Under the pieces are notes generated by a model. That model did no database searches and was not told where the DNA came from. It saw only the letters and a program-made list of their open reading frames with translations. A stretch of DNA of 63,744 nucleotides, the filler included, from Craspedostauros australis (Eukaryota), in NCBI GenBank assembly GCA_030167865.1. It is 18 parts of 18 records of this genome, joined end to end, with 100 filler letters (N's around TTAATTAATTAA, not from the genome) between each part and the next. Parts side by side here need not be neighbours in the genome. Positions count along the whole stretch, not along the records: positions 12,474 to 13,755 come from JALAGF010001157.1; positions 13,856 to 17,055 come from JALAGF010001158.1; positions 17,156 to 18,213 come from JALAGF010001159.1; positions 18,314 to 19,343 come from JALAGF010001160.1; positions 19,444 to 21,151 come from JALAGF010001162.1; positions 21,252 to 22,862 come from JALAGF010001163.1; positions 22,963 to 24,422 come from JALAGF010001164.1; 11 more parts are not named here. One strand, written 5' to 3'. This document shows positions 12,474 to 24,522 of the stretch, in pieces. A program made the position numbers and the translations under genes. How positions within the stretch are numbered: position 1 is the stretch's first letter; each line of letters begins with the position of its first letter.

Positions 12474-13755
12474 TTGTCGTCCCATGCCTGCTTCAACATC
12501 TCACTGCCCTGCAGAAGAAGATGGAAAGTCTCGCTCATGGGATCCTTTGCACCCAATATATTCCAACGTCGGCGTCTTGTCATCAGCATCTTCCCAAACA
12601 GGGCCAGCGGCCGCGACCATGTTGGAAGGGAACACAGTGCTGCTCTCACCTTGTTGCAATAATTTCGCCGCAAGATACGTTTAACAAGTGCATAGTACCA
12701 ATGGGCATGTTTGCCAGGCGGGTGTGGTCGAATGCGGAGATAGGTGAGTTGGGTAGTCTGCTCCAAGGCTTGCTGAAATGCTTCCATTTGTGCTGAGAGG
12801 GTCTCAGGCGGAACCGTGGACATGTCGGGCTTCCACATTTCCCAGTATGTGAGACATGACAAGCTCTTGTTTCCCAGGAGCGATATCAAAATGTCGAACC
12901 ATGCACCCTGCTGTTGTCGCGATAGCGCGTTCCAAAGATTGGAAACCTCTAGGCTCTTCAGGTGTGATGCATCTGAAAGGAGTTTGATGATCCGCTCGAT
13001 TTCTTGTTGTGAGTAGATTCGTTGGCCGTTAGAGAGCCGCGACCAATCGATTTCGAGCTGGTTGATGCGCTTGTTTGACTGGAGTAGCTTTGCCAAGCTA
13101 TCGCAAGTGATACGGGTGCTATCAAAGGATACTCTGGTGATGCCGCAGTTGTTTGGAGACAGCCATCTGCACAAATCGGCACCCCCATTGGCGAGCTTAC
13201 ACTCATTAAAGTCAACGTATTTGGAGTTTTGGGAGATGTTGAACATGAGCTTGTCGCAATCAACAAGATCACAAAAATACAAACCCACACAATGTGTCAC
13301 AAGAGGGATGTCGTGGAGCTGTTTCATCTCCACGAAGGACTTGTCCAATTCGATGCATTCGTCGAATGGAACTTTGAGTGGGTGTTTAGCAGCCAATCGA
13401 AGCACGAAGCGAATCGCTCGCTTGTCTTCTCCGAATTGGTCAATGGTGCCGAATTCCAGATACAGGGATCCAATGCGCATCTGCCCGTCGCCCCTGTCAG
13501 AACTGTCTCTCAGCAGAACATCAGGTGACAAAGTAACGTTCTTGTGCCGCTTCACCATCGATTTCAAGTCATCAAAAGTGAATCCTGATTTGATCGCCAT
13601 GTCCCAGTGTTCCTTCCGCTTGGGTGTGACACTGTAGCAGTCGATCTGCTTTGCTGTTGAGCACTGCGCGCTGAACACGGTCTTCGATGACAGCTCTTTG
13701 CCATGGAGCTGTTTCCAGAATGCCTCGAAGTGAGGGTCATGGTTGGTGTTGGCGA
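12474..13755 (-). CDS. RNI-like/leucine-rich-repeat hypothetical protein, partial at both ends
   Basis: Frame open across the contig, with LxxLxI/L patterns (INQLEIDW, LKSLEVSN, LTYLRI) and a C-terminal ILRRN...TFHLL typical of diatom RNI-like families. Confidence 0.65.
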
Positions 13756-13855
13756 NNNNNNNNNNNNNNNNNNNNNNNNNNNNNNNNNNNNNNNNNNNNT
13801 TAATTAATTAANNNNNNNNNNNNNNNNNNNNNNNNNNNNNNNNNNNNNNNNNNNN

Positions 13856-16800
13856 GTTGGCGCCTGAGAGGGCAGATCAGAGGGCGCGTTGGAATCAGTC
13901 GGCGCCTGGGAGGGCAGATCAGAGGGTGCGCTGGATTCGGTTGGTGCCTGGGAAGGCATGTCTGAAGGTGCCACTGAATCGGTCGGCGCCTGCGATGGCA
14001 GATCGGATGGTGCACTGGAGTCGCTTGGTGCCTGAGATCCTGTCGGGTTAGACGATGGTGCGCTGGAATCACTCGGTGCGCTGGACTGTGTTGGTGCCTG
14101 CGAAGGCAAGTCCGATGGAGCCACAGACTCTGTTGGTGCCTGAGAGGGCAGATCGGATGGCGCACTGGACTCCGATGGTGCCTGCGATGGCATATCTGAT
14201 GGAGCCACGGACTCTGTTGGTGCCTGCGATGGCAGGTCAGAGGGCGCGCTGGATTCTGTTGGTGCCTGGGAGGGCAAGTCTGATGGCGCCACCGACTCTG
14301 TTGGTGCCTGCGATGGCATGTCTGATGGCGCACTGGAATCACTCGGTGCCTGCGATGGCAGATCAGAGGGTGCACTGGACTCCGTTGGCGCTTGTGATGG
14401 CATGTCAGATGGAGCCACAGACTCTGTTGGTGCCTGGGAAGGCAGATCAGAGGGTGCGCTGGACTCTGTTGGTGCCTGCGAAGGCATGTCAGATGGAGCG
14501 ACGGACTCAGTTGGTGCCTGAGAGGGCAGATCCGAGGGCGCGTTGGAATCAGTCGGCGCCTGGGAGGGCAGATCAGAGGGTGCGCTGGACTCAGTTGGTG
14601 TCTGTGACGGCATGTCTGAAGGCGCCACTGAATCGGTCGGCGGCTGCGATGGCAGATCGGAAGGCGCACTGGAGTCGCTCGGCGGAGCTGATCCTGTCGG
14701 GTTAGACGATGGTGCGGTGGAATCACTCGGTGCGCTAGACTGTGTCGGTGCCTGAGAGGGAAGATCAGATGGCGCAACAGACTCTGTTGGTGCCTGAGAG
14801 GGCAGATCCGATGGCGCACTGGACTCTGTCGGTGCCTGCGATGGCATATCTGATGGAGCCACAGACTCTGTTGGTGCCTGTGATGGCAGATCAGAGGGCG
14901 CCACAGACTCTGTTGGTGCCTGGGAGGGCAAGTCCGATGGAGCCACGGATTCCGTTGGTGCCTGTGATGGCAAGTCCGATGGAGCCACCGACTCTGTTGG
15001 TGCCTGTGATGGTAGATCGGATGGCGCACTGGACTCCGATGGTGCCTGCGAAGGCATGTCCGATGGCGCCACAGACTCTGTTGGTGCTTGTGATGGCAGA
15101 TCAGACGGTGCGCTGGAATCTGTTGGTGCTTGTGATGGCAAGTCTGATGGCGCCACCGACTCTGTTGGTGCCTGTGATGGCAGATCAGACGGTGCACTGG
15201 ATTCTGTTGGTGCTTGTGATGGCATGTCAGAGGGTGCACTGGACTCCGTTGGCGCTTGTGATGGCATGTCAGATGGAGCCACAGACTCTGTTGGTGCCTG
15301 GGAAGGCAGATCAGACGGTGCACTGGACTCAGTTGGTGCCTGCGAAGGCATGTCAGATGGCGCCACGGACTCAGTTGGTGCCTGAGAGGGCAGATCAGAG
15401 GGCGCGTTGGAATCAGTCGGTGCCTGGGAGGGCAGATCGGATGGCGCCACGGACTCAGTTGGTGACTGTGACGGCATGTCTGAAGGCGCCACTGAATCGG
15501 TCGGCGCCTGCGATGGCAGATCGGAAGGCGCACTGGAGTCGCTCGGCGGAGCTGATCCTGTTGGGGTGGACGATGGTGCGCTGGAATCACTCGGTGCGCT
15601 GGACTCTGTCGGTGCCTGAGAGGGCATGTCTGATGGCGCCACGGACTCTGTTGGTGCCTGAGAGGGCAGATCCGATGGCGCACTGGACTCAGTTGGTGCT
15701 TGTGATGGCATGTCCGATGGCGCCACGGACTCTGTTGGTGTCTGTGACGGCAAGTCTGATGGAGCCACAGACTCTGTTGGTGCCTGGGAAGGCAGATCAG
15801 AGGGTGCGCTGGACTCCGTTGGTGCCTGCGATGGCATGTCTGATGGAGCCACAGACTCCGTTGGCGCCTGCGAAGGCAAATCGGACGGCGCCACGGAATC
15901 CGTCGGAGCCTGGGAGGGCAGATCAGAGGGTGCACTGGATTCAGTTGGTGCCTGTGATGGCAGGTCAGAGGGCGCGCTGGATTCGGTTGGTGCTTGGGAG
16001 GGTAGATCCGATGGCGCAACGGACTCCGTTGGTGCTTGGGAAGGCAGATCCGATGGTGCGCTGGACTCCGTTGGCGCTTGGGATGGTAGGTCCGATGGCG
16101 CCACCGATTCTGTTGGCGATTGAGAGGGCAAGTCTGATGGTGCTACGGACTCCGTTGGTGTTTGGGAGGGAAGATCCGATGGTGCGACGGAATCTGTTGG
16201 TGCCTGCGATGGTAGATCAGAGGGTGCCACGGACTCGGTTGGTGCTTGGGACGGCAAGTCCGATGGCGCCACTGATTCAGTTGGTGCCTGGGACGGTAGA
16301 TCGGAAGGCGCACTGGACTCTGTCGGGGTCTGTGATGGCAGATCAGAGGGTGCTACGGACTCGGTTGGTGCTTGAGACGGCAAATCCGAAGGCGCGACAG
16401 ACTCCGTGGGAGCCTGAGATGGCAAATCTGATGGCGCCACAGACTCTGTGGGGCTCTGTGATGGCAGATCCGAAGGTGCGACGGACTCCGTTGGTGCTTG
16501 CGACGGCATGTCGGAAGGTGCGACGGACTCGGTGGGAGTCTGCGAGGGCAGATCAGAAGGCATGATGGATTCCGTTGGTGTTTGGGACGGCATATCAGAC
16601 GGCGCCACAGACTCGGTGGGAGTCTGCGATGGCATGTCTGAGGGAGCCACAGACTCGGTTGGTGCTTGAGACGGCAAATCCGAAGGTGCGACAGACTCCG
16701 TCGGAGCCTGAGATGGCAAGTCTGATGGCGCCACAGACTCTGTCGGTGCCTGTGAGGGCAGATCCGAAGGTGCGACAGACTCCGTCGGAACCTGAGATGG

Positions 16801-17055
16801 CAAGTCTGATGGTGCCACAGACTCTGTCGGTGCCTGTGAGGGTAGATCCGAAGGTGCGACAGACTCCGTTGGTGCTTGCGATGGTAGATCCGAAGGCGCG
16901 ACAGACTCCGTCGGAGCCTGAGATGGCAAATCTGATGGCGCCACAGACTCTGTCGGTGCCTGTGAGGGCAGATCAGAGGGCGCAATGGACTCAGTCGGAG
17001 TCTGGGACGGCATGTCGGACGGCGCCACGGACTCGGTGGGAGTCTGCGAGGGCAG
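13856..17055 (-). CDS. Mucin-like Pro/Ser/Thr-rich VNTR protein, internal fragment
   Basis: Uninterrupted 42-bp/14-aa repeat S[VS]APSD[LM]PSQ[AT]PT[ED]. Variation is mostly synonymous in this frame. Confidence 0.9.
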
Positions 17056-17155
17056 NNNNNNNNNNNNNNNNNNNNNNNNNNNNNNNNNNNNNNNNNNNNT
17101 TAATTAATTAANNNNNNNNNNNNNNNNNNNNNNNNNNNNNNNNNNNNNNNNNNNN

Positions 17156-18213
17156 GTTGGCGCCTGAGAGGGCAGATCAGAGGGCGCGTTGGAATCAGTC
17201 GGCGCCTGGGAGGGCAGATCAGAGGGTGCGCTGGATTCGGTTGGTGCCTGGGAAGGCATGTCTGAAGGTGCCACTGAATCGGTCGGCGCCTGCGATGGCA
17301 GATCGGATGGTGCACTGGAGTCGCTTGGTGCCTGAGATCCTGTCGGGTTAGACGATGGTGCGCTGGAATCACTCGGTGCGCTGGACTGTGTTGGTGCCTG
17401 CGAAGGCAAGTCCGATGGAGCCACAGACTCTGTTGGTGCCTGAGAGGGCAGATCGGATGGCGCACTGGACTCCGATGGTGCCTGCGATGGCATATCTGAT
17501 GGAGCCACGGACTCTGTTGGTGCCTGCGATGGCAGGTCAGAGGGCGCGCTGGATTCTGTCGGTGCCTGCGAAGGCATGTCAGATGGAGCCACGGATTCCG
17601 TTGGTGCCTGTGATGGCAAGTCCGATGGAGCCACCGACTCTGTTGGTGCCTGTGATGGTAGATCGGATGGCGCACTGGACTCCGATGGTGCCTGCGAAGG
17701 CATGTCTGATGGCGCCACGGAATCAGTCGGTGCCTGCGATGGTAGATCAGAGGGCGCGCTGGAATCTGTCGGTGCCTGCGAAGGCATGTCAGATGGAGCC
17801 ACGGACTCGGTTGGCGCCTGAGAGGGCAGATCAGAGGGCGCGTTGGAATCAGTCGGCGCCTGGGAGGGCAGATCAGAGGGTGCGCTGGATTCGGTTGGTG
17901 CCTGGGAAGGCATGTCTGAAGGTGCCACTGAATCGGTCGGCGCCTGCGATGGCAGATCGGATGGTGCACTGGAGTCGCTTGGTGCCTGAGATCCTGTCGG
18001 GTTAGACGATGGTGCGCTGGAATCACTCGGTGCGCTGGACTGTGTTGGTGCCTGCGAAGGCAAGTCCGATGGAGCCACAGACTCTGTTGGTGCCTGAGAG
18101 GGCAGATCGGATGGCGCACTGGACTCCGATGGTGCCTGCGATGGCATATCTGATGGAGCCACGGACTCTGTTGGTGCCTGCGATGGCAGGTCAGAGGGCG
18201 CGCTGGATTCTGT
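17156..18213 (-). CDS. Second fragment of the same mucin-like VNTR gene (one 654-bp higher-order unit plus overlap)
   Basis: Same repeat. 17156-17559, 17810-18213 and 13856-14259 read identically over 404 bp. Confidence 0.85.
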
Positions 18214-18313
18214 NNNNNNNNNNNNNNNNNNNNNNNNNNNNNNNNNNNNNNNNNNNNTTAATTAATTAANNNNNNNNNNNNNNNNNNNNNNNNNNNNNNN
18301 NNNNNNNNNNNNN

Positions 18314-19343
18314 ACCAACGACACAACAGATCCCGGATCTCATGAGTGAAACTCTCGCCCCTCCGATGCCAGCTTCAGAGGGAGCCAACAAGCAAATATC
18401 TTCGACAGAGGGAGCTCCCTATGAGTCCCCGGTACCTGACCCTACTATAGAGTCACCGGATCAGCGAACACTTCAACCGCAATTGAGTTCACCTCTCCGA
18501 GAGTCGCCAATTTCAGAACAGGCAACTCCATTACCACCTTTAGCTCCAACGCCAATTGATACTAAGTCCACGACAACAACCACGCCGAAGCCCGAGTCAA
18601 CGCCATCAAGACCTCGAAGCACGAGAAGTCGCAAACAACCAAAGCGATTCACGTACTCGCGTTTGGGAGGCAAAGCAGCCTGGTTGGACGACGAGGACAC
18701 TGACGATTACTACTTCTGCCCCGCAGTAGCTACATTGGAAGAGATTGAACAGGCCACAACACCCAGGGAATTGCACCCCGACTCGTCGTCGATCATAACA
18801 TTCTCACAAGCTGTTGTTGATTGCCTACATACAATCGAACCTCTCCAACGCGAAGGCAGCGACTCTCTCTCCATCGACCTACACCAATTCAAAGTGGACG
18901 CTCACTACTTGTTGCGCAGACTTCGAGGTCGATTCAATACGTTGAATCCACAACCAACCAACATCATCCTTCCAACGTTCGCCCCAAAGCCGGCTAAAGC
19001 AGAAGAAGCAAGCATCAACATGGCCGATTGGTGGCAGCCGGATCCAGACGANATGGTCGAAGANGGACCAACGCCATTCCAAGACGTCTACGAGGACTTC
19101 TACNCGGACATGGAGAGACACTTCGAAGTCGACCTTCACTGCGAGATTCGTTGCGACGACCTCAGGAGACAAGCGACTGACTACGCCGTCGGCCAATTCG
19201 TCAACAGACTGAGCGCTTTCATACGAACCGGCATCATGAACCCCAGCTTCGATGCTTTCGACTACATGTCATCGGCCAAACCAGAGCCATGGTCGTATCA
19301 GGATCCGGAATACTTGATGATGAAGGGTTTTCTTCCTCCCGAA
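18314..19343 (+). CDS. Partial ORF, possibly derived from a copia pol integrase-RT linker
   Basis: Pro-rich segment with ASEGA/STEGA and RSTRSRKQPKRF resembles copia linkers, but no RT motifs follow. Confidence 0.35.
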
Positions 19344-19443
19344 NNNNNNNNNNNNNNNNNNNNNNNNNNNNNNNNNNNNNNNNNNNNTTAATTAATTAAN
19401 NNNNNNNNNNNNNNNNNNNNNNNNNNNNNNNNNNNNNNNNNNN

Positions 19444-19602
19444 GAATGGCGATGTTGTGACGGTCTGTGTAGTTCGATGTACAATATATGCAGTAGGACC
19501 AAAAGCACAAGTGTCAGCGTGTGAGTCTAATTCGGCTCTCGGTGTCTCGGATGGAAGGGATTGACTGATCGCCGTTGCATGGCGTCGCCCTCCCACCTCA
19601 TG
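19444..19602 (-). mobile_element. pol: CoDi Ty1/copia pol start: aspartic protease, in frame with gag
   Basis: ...RAELDSHADTCAFG... is the DSHAD protease motif of diatom CoDi elements. It directly follows the gag TGA in the same frame. Confidence 0.85.
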
Positions 19603-21105
19603 TCAGGATTGGCCTTGTTGATTGCGACGTGTCATGAAAGCCCCGATGCCGCTCTTGCGCTGGTCGGCAGAGGCACTTCCCGAGGCAACAGGAGTCGTCG
19701 CGTCCTGACCATCTGTTCGCTGACGTTTGCTCTGTCCTTGCGTATCAAGTGATGCAACTCCTCTTCTCGCATCTCGTTCTTGTCGAAGTGCAATGGCACG
19801 TGCACGCTGTGCGGCAGACATGACTGCCCATTCTTCACGGTCGTAATATCTGTCGGTCACGTTCATGTTGGCATTGTATTGTGGTTTGCCTTTGTCGCCG
19901 CCTTTACCACGTCCGCTCCTGCCACCCCGGCCTTGACCTCCACCGCCACCTGAGCGGCCTCGGTTCTTCCTGTTATTGCCTTGCATCCCTGCAATACGTC
20001 GACTTGTCGTTGTGTCAGTGCGCTGATCAAGAGACTCTGCGAGATAGTTCACCGTTCGATGAAAGCTGGTCTTGTACGTTTTCGTTGCTCGTACGACTTC
20101 GCATGCTGGGAACAGACGTTGGTCTCTGATTCCTCGCATAAGACGTCTGACTTTTGCTTCTTCCATCTGTGGTTCACCTCCCTGCGCAAGATCTTCAAAG
20201 GCTGCATTCAATCGCTGTGCGTACATCTCAAACGTAAAGTTTCGTGCTCTTCCGTCGAAGTATGTTTCTGCGATCGTTTTGTCAGCCGATGCTTTCGTGC
20301 GTGCTTGAAAAGAGTCTCCACGATAGTGTTGCTCAAGCGCCTGATGAGCTGCTCGTCCGTCTTTCGATCTCTCGAATCCCTGTACCCAATTCCACGCAGG
20401 ACCACCGTGTGTTGCAGCTCGAACGACTTGCCAAACTGCTGCTTTGTCTGCTTTGTAAATGGAACTGGAACTGGAATGAGATGCACGATCAATCAGTTCG
20501 TCCAACATAGTTGGCTCTCCAAATGATGTTCTGACAGCGGGAATTCTGTCCTCTGGCATCTCTGAATCTGGTCGAACAACGTATGCAAGTGGAATGTCTT
20601 GACTCCCAAGTGTGTTGTCCAAATAATTGCGGATGTCTTCCAACGTCTCTCTGACTGAGTCCACCTTGGTGAGTAATTCGGGTGTTGGAAGTGGATCACT
20701 GTCTTTGATTCGTTTCTCGTCTTTGAATAAGCTCCAAACTGTGTCGAGTCGGGATAGTGTGGCACCTGATGATGTGAATGTTCGTTGAATGCGGCTGTAG
20801 TGAAAGCGAATGTAGCGAAGCTTTCGCAATCTCATCTCATATACCCANCCAAGAGGCACTCCTGGGTTGCGGATCATTACCGGTGTCCCAGAGACTGGCT
20901 TTGAGGGTACGTATGCTGGATTTGCGATGTAACCACTGCCTTTTCGAATGCGTTCACACAACGCCTGTATGTCGTTGTCGTCAAATGAAAGCAGGTCATC
21001 AAATGAAGATATTCCCTGCTCCTTTATCGCTTCACCAATCGTATCATCCGGAAACAGTAGCACATTACGAAAGTAATTCTGGATTTCGGCTGCTGCTCCT
21101 GCCAT
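19603..21105 (-). mobile_element. gag: CoDi Ty1/copia Gag
   Basis: 500 aa with DIPLAYVVR, KDGRAAHQALEQHYRG, FDGRARNFTFE and KVRRLMRGI, a GR-rich region and DRYYDREEW. A protease motif follows downstream. Confidence 0.85.
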
Positions 21106-21251
21106 CGTGGATGTCTTTGGATGTTGCGATATCGTCTTGTTTGATGCTGTTNNNNNNNNNNNNNNNNNNNNNNNNNNNNNNNNNNNNNNNNNNNNTTAAT
21201 TAATTAANNNNNNNNNNNNNNNNNNNNNNNNNNNNNNNNNNNNNNNNNNNN

Positions 21252-22862
21252 GGTCCACGTGCGAGAGCGAGGAGGTTGCTTACGAGTGGTAGGCATCGGG
21301 GGAAGAGTGAGGAAGCACAGGACAAAAAGCCGCACGAATTCAAGTCATGCGGAGAAGTTGTGGCTGGAGGCAGTGGTACAAGGGAAGGCAGTGGTGAGCA
21401 CCGACAGGTCGTTCAAGAACGGCAAGAGTACTGCGGCGTACTCGCTCAACGTGCGAGGGCGGCGAAAAGGCAGAGTGTCAGCAGCAGGACCAGTGCCGGG
21501 CCGGGCCGAAGTGCAGAGCGCATATCGCGCAGAACTTGGTGGCATTCTACAGGCTCTCCGCAAAGTGGAAGACGTCATTCAACGCCACGACATGAAATAC
21601 GCAGTGACGGGGAAGGTCATCGTGATCGCTTGCGACAATAAGATGGCTGGAATTCACGCGGTGCAGTACACGCGGGACGTCAGCACGGCAGTGCAGCACT
21701 TTGACGTTATTCGCGAGATACGACGAATCCAAAGGCGGCTGACGGTGACTCTGGAGTATCGGCATGTGTACGGCCATCAGCTGGAGCGAGACCGAGGAGT
21801 GGCGAGGGACGAGTTTGCGGAATGGAATGACGACGTTGACAAGGCGGCAGGGGCAGCACACTCGGTTGATATGGAGTATGCCGACGAAGAGGGATACGAG
21901 GCCGAGTGGGCGATATGGCTCGACGAAAGGAAGGTCTGCACGAATGCCACGGTGATGATTCGCAAGTATGTCCAAGGACAAAGGACAGTGCAGTGGCAGC
22001 GCAAGGTGGGCCGGATCCAGAANGGCGAAGCGAAGAAGGTGGATGTCACAGCGGCTGCGATCGCGATGGCCTGCTTGAAGCCAGCACGCCGGAAATGGGT
22101 GGCGAAGCATGCGTGCAGTTTTGGGCCCGTCGGGCGCAACATGCGGAAGTGGAAGTTCTGGAGCGGCGACAGGTGCCCAATATGCAAAGACCAGGAGGAG
22201 ACCACAGAGCATGTCATGCAGTGCCAGCATCCGTTGGCGGTGTCAGTACGACGAACGGCGATGAAAGAGTGGGAAACTGAGATGATGGCAGCGCGAGGAG
22301 ACAGCCTGATGGTTAGAGCAATGGTGAAGCAAGTCTGGGCGTGGAGTGAAGGACGGGAAGTCCAAATGGAAGCGGGTTACCAGCTGCAACAGGCGATGGC
22401 AGAACAGCGAGAAATAGGGTGGGGAATGATGGTACGAGGCCGGTGGTCTGCGAGGTGGCAACGAATCCAGGAAAGCACAATGGAGATCAGTGGCCAGCCA
22501 GGACGCCCGGCGAATTGGATCGCAAGGGCAATGGTGGGTTTGTGGGAAGTGCGATGGAAGGCGTGGATGGCACGCAACAAGGTGCTCCATGACAGCGAGA
22601 AGGCAACCATGGCGGCTATGATATGGCAGGAGGCCGCGATAGCAGTCCGAGAAGAGTGGCGACAAGGAGTGCAAGGGATCGGCGGCGATGACGTTCGCCT
22701 GCTGACTCACACAACGGAGGCAGCGGTACGAGCGCAACCGGCGGAGAACCAGATGTTGTGGGTGCGGCATGTACGGGCGGCCAGGCAAGCAGGATTGCGG
22801 CGACGTGCACTCGCCCACACCCCACGGCATCGCAAGCGGAAAGGCGGCGGAGCAAGGCAGGA
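21252..22862 (+). mobile_element. Non-LTR retrotransposon (LINE) ORF2 C-terminus: RNase H plus CCHC zinc knuckle
   Basis: RNase H motifs VSTDRSF, SAYRAELGG, IACDN, HVYGHQ and NDDVDKAA, then CPIC...ETTEHVMQC and a W-rich tail (QREIGWGMMVRGRW). Confidence 0.85.
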
Positions 22863-23213
22863 NNNNNNNNNNNNNNNNNNNNNNNNNNNNNNNNNNNNNN
22901 NNNNNNTTAATTAATTAANNNNNNNNNNNNNNNNNNNNNNNNNNNNNNNNNNNNNNNNNNNNCGTACGAGCTGTGCACCACACCATACCACACCAACCCC
23001 AACAGTCGCACTCAACACAACCGATACATCTGATGCAACCATTGTGGACATTGCTGTGATTTCATGTGACCATTGCATGCGATCAGCAACGACTTTCTCC
23101 TTCACTTCCTTCACCATCCACATTCAACATCCACACTCACACCAACCCTCCACCCCATCGGCATTCACATCGGCATTCACATCCACCACACAGGACAGGN
23201 ANCAACAGNCACC

Positions 23214-24422
23214 ATGACGTTGATGGTATCAGCATCCGAGTCGGAGGTCGGAGTCAACGACGGATCTTCATCACACACTCTCAAACACAACACCAGCATC
23301 ACCGATCCATACAACGAACAAAACTTGTGCGACACACTGTGGGCATGCCTCCTCGACGACTACCTCGATAATGATCCATGCGCGCTCAATGCATGCTTCG
23401 TCGATGATGTCACCGATCCCGTCGTCACCAAGGAGCTGCCGTACGACACAGACTACGATTCGTACTATGATGATGACACCGGTCCCCGCAACACCAGAAC
23501 CGGACGTCTGTCTCGATCTCGCCGTCAGCAGATACAGAAAGAACGAAAGCAAGAACGTCGCCAGCGACGGCTGAGATGCAGCAAGAGCAGAAGCAGGAGT
23601 GGCAGCAGGTCCAGAAGCGGCAGCCGCACCAACGGCAGAATCAGGACCAGAAGCAACAGCAGAACCAGAAGCAAGAACGCACTCAGGAACTTCGAATCCA
23701 TCAACGATTCCAGCAGCGTCGATACTGCCGAAACCAGCCAACCGTCGGATGAAGGCGATAGCGACCTTGCCACCAACAGCCTTGAAAGCGTCAACACCAC
23801 TGACAGCGTCAACACCACTGACAGCGTCAATACCACTGACAGCGTCGACAGCACTGACATCACTGACAGAGCTTCCAGCATTGACAGCGTCGATAGCACC
23901 GACAGCACCGACAGCAGTGAGGATGGTCTCGATCTTGACCCCAATCCATCATGTGAAACGGTCATTCGCGATAACATCAACACAAACAGCACCAACACAA
24001 ACAGCACAAGCACAGTTGTCCTCGACAGCCACTTCAGCGCTGATCAACATGAGAGCATCGATGGATTGATGGCAAGGACGGGCAACACAGGTCACGTCAA
24101 CGAGAAAGACCCAACCAATGTCAAAGAAGACAATACCAGCAACAACAACAACACAAGCAGATCGAATGAGAGAGAATACGCCAGCTTCGATGCATACGAA
24201 AGCAAGCGCCGCCAACGTGAACGCAAACAACAAGAACAACAGAAGCAACAGCAAGAGCGCAATCAACGTGATTCGGAGCGTGATGACCAACCATCAACCG
24301 GCAGATCATCCAACGGAAGCATCACCCGCTCCGTGTCTCGTCACAACTCCTTCTCCTCCTCGCGTGCAACCATGCATGACTCAACATCTGCAACACCACC
24401 AACAGCATCAACAGCTTCAACA
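23214..24422 (+). CDS. Low-complexity Ser/Asp/Arg-rich hypothetical protein, 3' truncated
   Basis: accATG at 23214 opens a frame of about 400 codons with an RS tract, 18-bp (SVNTTD) repeats and Q-rich tracts. Confidence 0.6.
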
Positions 24423-24522
24423 NNNNNNNNNNNNNNNNNNNNNNNNNNNNNNNNNNNNNNNNNNNNTTAATTAATTAANNNNNNNNNNNNNNNNNNNNNN
24501 NNNNNNNNNNNNNNNNNNNNNN

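Noticed and set aside
13800..18269. Long alternative-frame and antisense ORFs over the mucin repeat, or a CRISPR-like array
   Set aside because: By-products of a 42-bp coding repeat. There are no unique spacers, and synonymous variation supports only the PST frame.
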